DNA of 63,836 nucleotides, filler included, from Perkinsus olseni (Eukaryota): NCBI GenBank assembly GCA_013115125.1. It is 2 parts of 2 records of this genome, joined end to end, with 100 filler letters (N's around TTAATTAATTAA, not from the genome) between each part and the next. Parts side by side here need not be neighbours in the genome. Positions count along the whole stretch, not along the records: positions 31,973 to 63,836 come from JABANN010000410.1; 1 more part is not named here. One strand, 5' to 3'. Shown piece by piece: positions 54,020 to 63,836 of this stretch (position 1 is its first letter; each line of letters starts with the position of its first letter). The notes under the pieces were generated by a model. It saw only the letters and a program-made list of their open reading frames with translations, ran no database searches and was not told where the DNA came from. The position numbers and the translations under genes were made by a program.

Positions 54020-54449
54020 GAACGAAAGTGCCACACTGTGTGGGAGCAATAGTCATGTCCGACCATCGAGACTCATACCTGGTAATCTTACACTCTTCTA
54101 GACTGTCACCCAATTAGTTAACCAGGTTCGATCCCGGCACCCGACATTTTCCATCATCAACAGATCGTCCTGAGTGACTGTACTACTACTACATACATAG
54201 TCAGTAGGTCGAACGGCTACGGAGTAGTATAGAGATGACCAAGCGTATCACAGACCCCCCTGTAGACAGTCAGTAGATCGCCTACCGGATCCATCTTTTT
54301 CGACAGGAGCTACCCACGAGACTTACTTTTTGTCTTTCACCTGTTCTTCTTTGGGTCTGTGACGGTTGTTGTGTTCGGAGTTGGACCTGTGAAAGGCAGT
54401 GCCGCAGTGATATCGATGACGCTGGTTCTGAATAGTTCCTATAAGTTTC

Positions 54450-57400
54450 TATGCCGTTATTCGAGAAGGGTGATGAGCCCTTCTTCGTAGCGAAGGTCGA
54501 GAGTACGTGTTGTCTTTGCAAGGGAGTGGTTGAAGAAGGGGCTGCCACTTTCCCCATGCGGTTTTCCCCAGAGAAGCCGACGAGGTAATAACGGGTTGGG
54601 GTTCGCACGTGCCATGTTGACCAAAGACTTTCGAGAGCCCGGTCACCAGGCCCCGGTGAAGCGTCGTTCTTGCTGTTCCCGACCTGATCGATGACAGATA
54701 CCTGTGGGCTCATCTGGACTGCGCTAGGGAGAAGGCGGGAGGAGTCCTTCCGGTAATACACTCGACTTTGATAAGGGCCTCGTAGACGAGAACAACCCAT
54801 GGTTATTTTGGAGCAGTGAGTAGCGGTTCTCGTGGATTGCCAGAGATTAATCATGAAAGGATTTGCCCAACTCGGGACAATTGGCGCTTAACATCGCGCT
54901 GTTTCACTCCGACGTGGCTGTGGACAATAAGGCGATCCCAACCTCTTTATGTCATCAAGCTGGCCAGCAGACGGGTATTCGGAGCTGGAGGAATCGCAGA
55001 AGTCCATCCCTGCGTGTATTGCGCTCAATTCGTCGGACAGCGGGGTCGTCCTCTCAGGAAGCACCGGTCTGCAAGCACTGGAAGTTCCACGGTCGGTGTC
55101 TCTATAAGGAGAAGTGTTTCTTTTCTCATCCCCTGGAGTAATGGCGTGCTAACAAATGACCTGTGAATCAATCGATGGGCTATCAGGGTTTTGGAGGAGT
55201 ACAATAGGAAGCAAGCTGAGATAGAGGAAAATGGGGGAAGGAAACGGAACCGAGGACCGGGGAAGAGAAACAAGGTACTGGGGCGATGGACGGTGCGAGC
55301 TCTTGTTGATCGTCTTTGTGAACTTTTTCGGTTGATATAGTCCACGGTCATTCAGATCAGTTACCGGAAACAATAGGCTTCGGCTACTCGTAGAGTGTCC
55401 TAGGGACCACAGAGTAGGGGAGAACGAGACATTTGCGTCCTACACTAGAACGATCGGGTCGCAAATTCGATGCCGCACCATCTCTGAAGGACATCATATA
55501 TGGCCTATCGTGGGTCGCCCTGTCGAGAACTCAGAGCTCACGAATCCTCCTCACTCGTCTGTTGTCTTGGTTTATATATCGGGGCAGCGGACCATGACCG
55601 ATGAGCGCGGTTTTCGTCTCGCTGGCGAGGTTGTTCTGGCCGAGGTCGGATAATCTCGGAGTGCTGCTCGTTGTGTAGGTCCAAAACTACTCCCGGGCAT
55701 TTGTTTTTCGAAGATTCCTCATCGATGCTTATGGAATAGAGTAATGGGGGGGGGTCGGATTTGAAGTGGGATACTTGAAGTTATTTATTGTGGTGTAGAA
55801 CCTGGGTTGTTTCAAGGCTGGTCGTGGACCCCACCTGTCGGTCGGCGGGTGGCGAATGTGAAAATGTGTCTGTTGTTGACAACCTTTGTGGTCGTTGGCA
55901 GATTCCTTCGTGGGGGCTCGGGTGTCGTTGATGTCGCGGGAGGCAAGGGTGAGATTGGATTCGAGTTGAAGAACCTCAACGGTATCGAGGCCACCAACGT
56001 CGACCCGCGGCCCATGGATCTCCGTATGTCTCGTTGCGAAACGGCCGGGGTGGTACTGATACCGCCGTTTTTACGCAGGTAAATTCGTTAAGAAATATGA
56101 GTGGGATATTTACAATCGGAATCCTCTCTGGCGGAAGTACCAAACGACCTACGATAAAGGCTCGGAGGCATCACAACCCCGCCATGTGAGCTTCGAGTAG
56201 ATGGTGGGTGAGGGGACACGACCGGGTCAGATTCGGGCATTCTTCGACCCACCGCTGACCGACTGGGCCGCTGCGATTGCCCAAGATAAGGAGTCGGTAT
56301 CGAGCGTATCTTCGGTTGTCGCAAACGTGGAATGGTGGAGAGAGCATCTTGATAAGGCCAAACGGATCAAGTGGATCCGGCAAGGGTAGTGTGGGAGTTG
56401 GGCGATGGATGGTATGGACAGGATGTTTGGACAGGCACGAAGAGTTCTGTGAGCTGTCGAGTAATTTTACTACTGACGAGGTCAGTACGGACGACCCCGA
56501 CTTGCCGGGGAGGAAGACGGCTACTAAGCCGGGAGCTGTGAAGTTCAAGGAGCCCGCCTCCCCTCCGCCCGAGTGAGATAAACGGTATACGATGTGCCGG
56601 TGGAGTGGTATCATTCGCGGCAATCGTGGCACTGTTAGAATCGCGATACAGACGTCTATTCTGATTACTCCTGCAGTAGAATTTCGTGAGTGTCCACATG
56701 GATCGTCTTAGTGAACAACATGTTAGATGTTGGTTCCCACCTGTGAGCCCGAAACCGATCGTTGTTGTATAGACGTCGTCACGGGCCAGAGATTCCCCCT
56801 CCTCCTCTTTCTTTTCCATCAGTTCTGCGTTCGACAAGATGTCCGCTATTTTCCTCAGTTATGAGTCGATCGACGACCTCGAGACGGCGTTGGGAGTGCT
56901 AGCAGATGCCTCATTGGTTGTCGGCCTGCACTCTGACCAAGCGACCGAGCGAATCGTAGACTTCGCCCTGGCTGCTGGCAAGCCCTTTGCCGTTGTCCCG
57001 TGTTGCGTGTGAGTCTGAGTTTAACGCGTCGGGCGGGCTCACTTCACCTGACTGGCTTTAGATACCAGAAGTGCTTCCCTGATCGGAAACTCCCCGATGG
57101 GCAACTTGTTAATACATATGAAGACTTCATAACGGTACGTCGGTGGTTCTTGGCCATGTCTACGGGAGAGCTCGCACACTGCTAGTTTCATAATAAAAGA
57201 CTCTTAACAGTTTTGGATCTCAGCTCTGTGAGTTGGTTGATTGTTGTCGCCTCGATTCGATTGGAATACTCTTTTATGCATCGAGCTGTGCGTAGTACAG
57301 CTAGCCACGACCTTCTGCGTAAAGAGCATCGCCGGGTTGTAGGCCAGTGACCAATAGTGTCTACAGCCTTCTTTTGCTATGCACTCCGTCTCCGCTGCTG

Positions 57401-57567
57401 CTTCTATGTCTTGACGACAGAATTTGCTGTCTCGGTGAAAGGCCATTGAAAGGCTCATCATCTTGTTTCAGTACCTCTGCTCGAAGGACCCCCGCATCCG
57501 GACACAAACGTTGGGTTTCGATGGACGAAATACAGCTGTGTATCTACCACTGCCGGACAACCTCTAG
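54450..57567 (+). CDS. CCCH zinc finger plus SAM-dependent methyltransferase-like protein (5' end approximate)
   Basis: CKHWKFHGRCLYKEKCFFSH; VVDVAGGKGEIGFEL..VDPR; VVGLHSDQATERIVDFALAAGKPFAVVPCC; LGFDGRNTAVY. Confidence 0.8.
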
Positions 57568-59098
57568 AGGACGCTCCAGGGACGGTTGTGTGTTTACAAC
57601 GTCAGAGCAGCGCATGAGTTGAGTTTAGGAGTGGGCCGGGGCGATAGGGAACTCGAGACTCCACAGCGAGCGCCGCTGGCTGGGGCTTCCGCCTCGATTT
57701 TGCTTTTCTCATCCATTTTTGCTTCTTCAATCAAAGAGTCCACGTGGATGACTTTCTTCCGACTTATTTTGATTTTTCCACGTTATTTTTTAGGGTGTTG
57801 AACGGAGTTGAAAGTGTGAAAGATGAGCAGCCCAGACCGGCTCTCTTCGGCAGGCCCGTTTTTGATGGGTCGTCCAATAAACCAACTCTGAAACTCAGGA
57901 TCGATTCTGGGACCGCATTTTACGTATTAAATCAATTTCCCGAGCTTCTGAACACCTTACTGGACGCCGGATTTTTGCGACCATCATCAATTTTACGTGC
58001 ACTTGCATGAAATGTTGCCCTTCGGCGGCGGGGCCTTCGGCGTCACCCTCCCTCCCGCTCAACAAACTAATTCTGAAACTCGGAGTCGATGCTGCAATTG
58101 CTTGTAAAATTCGAATCTGGGTTCCAGAAATGGGTTTTATTCCACACCCGCGGAGAAATCTGACAGCGCTCAAAAATTTCTGACGGAGGTTTACAAAGGT
58201 CGCCATCGTTGTGGGTGGCGCCGTTAGTTCTATTTCTCGCGGGGAAGTCTTTCTGCTGGTTCCGAGGCCGCACGTCTCACTTCTTGACTGACCATCAGCT
58301 TAGCTACTAGGGATCCTCTGAGACTTACTGTTCCAGTTTAGGAGGTTTCGCCGCTCGATGTTGCATACGAGACAGTGTCCCCTACCGTCGAGGATGGCTG
58401 GTGGCAGGACTGATGGTAGGGCGCGTACCACAATTTCCGTTCATGTTATGCCATCGGCTGGGGAGTCCCCAGCCGAGCACTGTGCTCGTCAGGGCGTCGC
58501 CCTGACGAACACTGACTTCGTCTCCAGTGGGGACGAAGTCAGTGCTCGGTTCTTGCGTCCTGTACCATATGCGTGTAGGGACATGGTTGTTGGTGGCTCA
58601 GGACGCAGAAGCCCGTCGTACGACGGCAGGTCCATCGATACCACATCTTCGTCAACTACCACACCCGACTGTTCACTCGAGAAGGGCACTGAGGTGGTGG
58701 GCAGTCGAACTTTTTGTTGGGGTCCGATAGCTGGTCAATGTTGTTCAGAAATCTACGTCGCCTCAGCAGGCTGAAGCTGTCAGACAACTACTGGAGTTCA
58801 TGAGTGCTGCGGATGCTGGTGATAAGGGGCTCTCTCATTACATATTGTTTTCGGACGTTACCATGCGAAATGAAACTGTTCTGTATTTCGTCTCACTGCG
58901 TCCGAAGGGCGATGTGGCGGTGAGAAGCTGTCGAACAAGTATGGGCGCAGCTGTCGATGAAGGGCTCTTGGGCTGCCCTCGAATGTTGTTTTCGGACGCT
59001 ACCGTGAGGAAGGGAAATCGAGCTGTATTTGGTCTTGCTGCGTTCGATCAGGCGACCCGACAGCAGCCTCGCTCTTTGCTGGTCTCAATGCTCATCAG

Positions 59099-60989
59099 CA
59101 GCTGTTCAATGCAGCTGCCGAGTCGGACGAAATTATGATGGAAGAAGATACCACTCGCGGGATGTGGTCGGAGGAGGGTTATCCACTCTCGGTGTGTGTA
59201 CAAGGAGATGACTATTACTTCCAGTTGTTAGAGGATGACTTGCGCAAGGTGAGATCATCTTGACCTGTTTTGTATCTTGCCAGCTCAACCTCAAGATTCT
59301 CTCAGGTATTCGGAAGATATGGTGAAGTTCGCCTCATCGAGGTTACTAGTCCTGATAGAGATGTGGCCCACGTCTATTACGAACAGCTAACTGATGCACA
59401 GAATGCCGTACAGGACCTGAACGATAAGGTAGTACTGAGAGACAGTGTTTGATCAACAACCATTGGAGGCAGCGTTTGATTCTGCTAGATTCTGAATGGA
59501 GTACATGGAGCATTGCAGGTTGTATGGGGCCTTCACCACACCCCTCGGGCTTTCCCCAATACCGACAGGCCACTGAAGGTACTCTGGGGGTACTCCTAGG
59601 GAGGGGCGGGAGTGAAAGGACCTTCCTTTCAGAGTTCTAGAGATCACCCTTACGCTAGGGGATCGCAAGCTGTTGAACGTACTCAGGGAAGACATGGTGG
59701 GCATATCTATCTGCTTCTTGGGAGGAGTTTCTGTTGCCGTTCAGATGGAGTATCCGAGGTTGACCCATGCAGTGGGCGGAGTCTGGAGGATACAGAAGCT
59801 GCGATCAGCAGGTAGTGGCTGTTGGAGAGGGTCACCAATCACCGCTCTGTCTTCAGGCTGCTCAGTGAGATACGGGACGTCGCTTCGCCACTGAAGGGGA
59901 ATAAGGCTCATCCACTGGGTTCCGCCGGCAGTCCATCAGGGGCGGCCTCTGGACCTCAACGAAGCGACGCTTGGCGGACGCACTCGCCGACTCGCCGATA
60001 TGGCGAGCGACGGGCTGGGTGGAGCAGCAGCGCTGAGGAACATTTCTACGACGATGCAGGTCATTACTTGGGGGATGCTTGTTCTAGTCTGGAGTATCCG
60101 AGGTTGAACCGGGGGTTTTGTAAAATGAGGCTGATAATTGTTCAGGGAAAGGAGGTACTGCAATAACGTCTCCGGTTGCTGCACCTCCGCCGGCCCTCGT
60201 CCCGAGGGGATCCGCTACAGGAGCCCCGGCGAGCGGGGGACCTGTGCGAAAGTTCACTTGCAGATTCGATATTGGAATCGAAAATGACAAGGAGTTCCAG
60301 GTGATGGTGGGGGTTGGAATTTCGTGGCGCGTGACGGTTGGATATCGCGTAGGTTGCTCGCAGGATTATAGGGAATAAAGGGGTTAATATGAAGAGGATA
60401 GTGGGATTGTCTAATGCCAAGTTGCGATTGAGGGGACAGGGATCGGGGTAAGTGGTGGATGATGGTGGTGGTAGCAATGGGAGGAGTATCATCATCATCA
60501 TCAGGTACTTGGAAGGTGCTGTTAGACAGGAATCCCCCGACCCTCTGCATTTGTGTATCAGCTGTATCAACAGGGATGGGTATTATTATTATAACTCCTC
60601 CGGGGATCGGTAGTAATAACAATGTTCAGGTATTTGGCGGCTGTTGAGGAGACTAAAACCCTTCTAAGGCGGGTCTACACCGAATGGAGGAATTTCCAAA
60701 TTAATAAAGGAAGAGGAGATCCTGGGATGATGGAAATTCAGATGAAGGAGCACTTCCTCACTGCCGCTGGCGAGAGGGATCTTGATATGGACTACACGCA
60801 GCCGATGAGCACCCCGGTACGAGTCCCAGCCCCTCCGTTTTTACCTGCATTTCGGTATCCCTTCAGATGAACCACCACCTGCTACCAACGTCCCGGCCAA
60901 TCCCTTCACCTCGGTTTCCCCCAAGCTACTATCCAGCAAATAACCATGCTGCATCGAATCGTGGAGGACCTTATAATTATCCGCGTTAA
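59099..60989 (+). CDS. RRM + KH (SF1/STAR-type) RNA-binding protein, copy 1 (ends approximate)
   Basis: RRM EDDLRKVFGRYGEVRLIEV..AHVYYEQLTDAQNAVQDLNDK; KH FQVARRIIGNKGVNMKRIVGLSNAKLRLRGQGSG..PLHL. Confidence 0.8.
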
Positions 60990-62182
60990 GGAAATGCAAG
61001 ATTGCAAGATTTGGATGATCTGTACAGTAGAGAAAGAATAGTAATCCTGAACCGTATAATATTTATCGTCATGTCTGAGTCGTCCATTTACCACCGACCA
61101 ATCGATCCGCCCCATTTCGGGGCAATGAGTTGAAAGCTACCATTATGACCATCGTAATTCAATCGTCTGTCTATGCTCACCTCCTCCTCCTCCTCCTTCA
61201 CCATAACGCTGTCCGGAGGCCTCTGTCAGCGACGGTGGCACCGCTTCGGATGGGATAGAAGGTTGGCTGGATCTCTGGTATTGATAGAATTGATGAGAGG
61301 ATAGTTGATGATGAGTATTGGTAGACTATTGAACGGCATAATAGCATAATAATTGACTTCAAGTCTCGAAACTCGAGATGGTGACGCGGTCAGAACATTG
61401 TCTTGTGTTGTTGAGAACAGTGGGGGGAGCTGGGGCAACGAATCACCGGCATTCGAATTTGTCGCGCGCCACGAAAACCCTCGGGGGACTGCGTGTTGGT
61501 GGTACTGGTAACGGAACTACTGCTAGTAAGAACTTGAGTTTATATATGAGTAATGGAAATGACCGGTCAGGTTTGAAGGAACCTCATCCACCACCATCAC
61601 TTCGAAGTTGGGCTTCGACCGTTATGTCCAATCTGCGTGAAACTTTGGTCACCCGGGTAATCTTCTCAGCCATAGACTTGCGAACTGATATGCGCGGAGG
61701 TTCGATCCCTAGGTGGATCATTTCTCACTTTTCACTGAGCCGACAGAAGTCCGATGCGCCTCTCTCCGCGTACGGATCGCTCCTTCTCCGCTAGACGCGG
61801 ATTGACCAGCTTCTTCACGGTGCAAGGCCGCTGAGTACATCATGCGTGTTGCAGGACGATGTGCGTCGAGCTTCCGAAAGCTGTTACTTGAAGGTCTTGT
61901 ATTCATTAACCCCAATTCGCGATCAGAGGGCACCTCTATGATTCCACCCGACGGTCAATCATCTATCCAGGAACAAGGACCTCCCGTTAACACTCGGGAT
62001 GATGTGGTGGACGCCGGAGTTGGTATGAGGGAGAGCGCCTCGAGGGGATCTCACTGGCGGGTAGTATACGCAATTGGAGATACGTTACGATTGGAGTGGT
62101 TGGTGTTAGGCCTCCCCGGGAGCAGGCCCCGATCAAAATGCTGAGATTGTTAGACAACTAGTAGAATTTATGGCCAATATTA

Positions 62183-63836
62183 ATGAAGCTGGTGGTAGGG
62201 TCTGTCTTCCAGCTCTCATTGCCACATCCAGGGAACCCGTTATCAGATTACTATTCCGCAGTTGGTGCCCCTGCTCCGATTGAGGGCGTTCCCAAGGCTC
62301 CTCAGAGTAGCGGGACGGAGGGATCCATTGATGGGAATAGCGAGAGGTTGGGTTATCCACTTTCGATGTGTGTCCAAGGGGACGAATATTACTTCCAACT
62401 CTCAGAGGATGACTTACGCAAGGTGAACTGATCTTGACCTGTTTTGTATCTTACCAGCCCAACGTCAAGATTCCCTCAGGTATTCGGAAGATACGGTGAA
62501 GTTCGCCTTATCGAGGTTACTAGTCCTGATAGAGATGTGGCCCACGTCTATTACGAAAAGCTAACTGATGCACAGAATGCCGTACAGGACCTCAACGACA
62601 AGGTAGTACTGAAATTCTAGGGCGGTCAGGCACGACTCGTTCCCGCTTCTCAGGTCCTTAAGGGCGTCAAAGGAGTCCTTCGGGTCGTATGGGGACTGTA
62701 CAATTCACCATCGGCCTTCGCCTCCCTCAATTCGTTGAGCGTTACCGAGCAGCCCCCCGTTGATGATGAGGGTCGTGATGGAAACGAGAGGATGAGTTTG
62801 TCTTCTTCTCTCACTGAGTCTGGTGGGGGTGCCGAGGCGTTTGCGTATGAGAAAAATCCGGAGGGACTGAATGATGCTGCGATTGGGAGTTGCTATGATG
62901 ATGCAACTTTGAATCGGTAGGAGAATCTTTCGACCTCGTGAAGGGCCAGGATGGTGTTCAGATTGCTGTCCGAGCTGCGTAGTGGATCGTGTCCTCTGAG
63001 GGATGACGGAATGACGAAAGAGTTGAGAACTGAGTCGACCGCGACGACCTCAGCGATGTCTTCCCGAAGGCCATCACAAGATGGTATCATTGGAGTCCCG
63101 TCCTCTCAAGAAGCAGCGGCAATCGACGACGATCGTCACGGGCACGACCATGGGCAGCAGCAGCAGCAGCAGCAGCCGGCACTTGCCGCCGAAGGACGGA
63201 AAAAAGGGGAGACTTCTGAGCAGCGCGAATGTTAGTGAAGGGGTCATTCTGGTTATGAGGCTCACTTTGAGATCCTTTCGGTGTGGTTCCCAGAGGAGAT
63301 GTGATGATGGCTGGCACGCCCTGATAATATCATTTCAGCTGGACGAATGAAAGAAATGACATATGACTGGGTCGTTGGTGGAGCTGATTACGGTCGGCTA
63401 TCATTCAGATGAAGCTAGCGGAGGCCCTCCTCCTCCTCGCGAAGCGCCTCAAGTGGTATCGTCCCTCCCTAGATCGACACCCTCGGCAGCGACATCACCC
63501 ACTAGAGGGCCGATAAGAAAGTTCACTTGTAGATTTGATATTGGAATCGAAAATGACAAGGAGTTCCAGGTGATGGTGGGGGTTGGAATTTCGTGGCGCG
63601 TGACGGTTGGATATCTTAGGTTGCTCGCAGGATTATAGGGAATAAAGGGGTTAATATGAAGAGGATAGTGGGATTGTCTAATGCCAAGTTGCGATTGAGG
63701 GGACAGGGATCGGGGTAAGTGGTGGATGATGGTGGTGGTAGCAATGGGAGGAGTATCATCATCATCATCATCATCATCAGGTACTTGGAAGGTGCTGTTA
63801 GACAGGAATCCCCCGACCCTCTGCATTTGTGTATCA
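62183..63836 (+). CDS. RRM + KH RNA-binding protein, copy 2 (runs off window end)
   Basis: Same RRM and KH exons as copy 1, with different N-terminus and linker. Confidence 0.8.

Overview
Gene-dense, intron-rich eukaryotic DNA with many short (~40-60 nt) GT-AG introns. Gene content, intron style and the N-TTAATTAATTAA-N gap linker suggest an alveolate protist, most likely Perkinsus; this is an inference, not verified. Supported genes: DnaJ/Hsp40, a CHD-type SNF2 remodeller with a bromodomain, a MOT1 molybdate transporter, a TauE/SafE transporter, a DCN1-like protein, a RING-H2 protein, a duplicated Pro/Gln/Tyr-rich gene, prolyl-tRNA synthetase (ProRS) with an N-terminal YbaK/ProX domain, an S9 peptidase, UDP-galactopyranose mutase (UGM), an NCBP3-like protein, VTA1, a CCCH zinc finger/methyltransferase-like protein and two tandem RRM+KH genes. 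There are four tRNA-Gln(TTG) copies, one inside a UGM intron. Main finding: just downstream of ProRS lies a fully open 14-exon ProRS paralog (36287-38394). It has lost the class II catalytic residues and the C-terminal domain, kept the anticodon-binding domain, and carries a mitochondrial-presequence-like N-terminus, making it a candidate pseudo-synthetase. All gene models were spliced by hand, and several outer boundaries are approximate.
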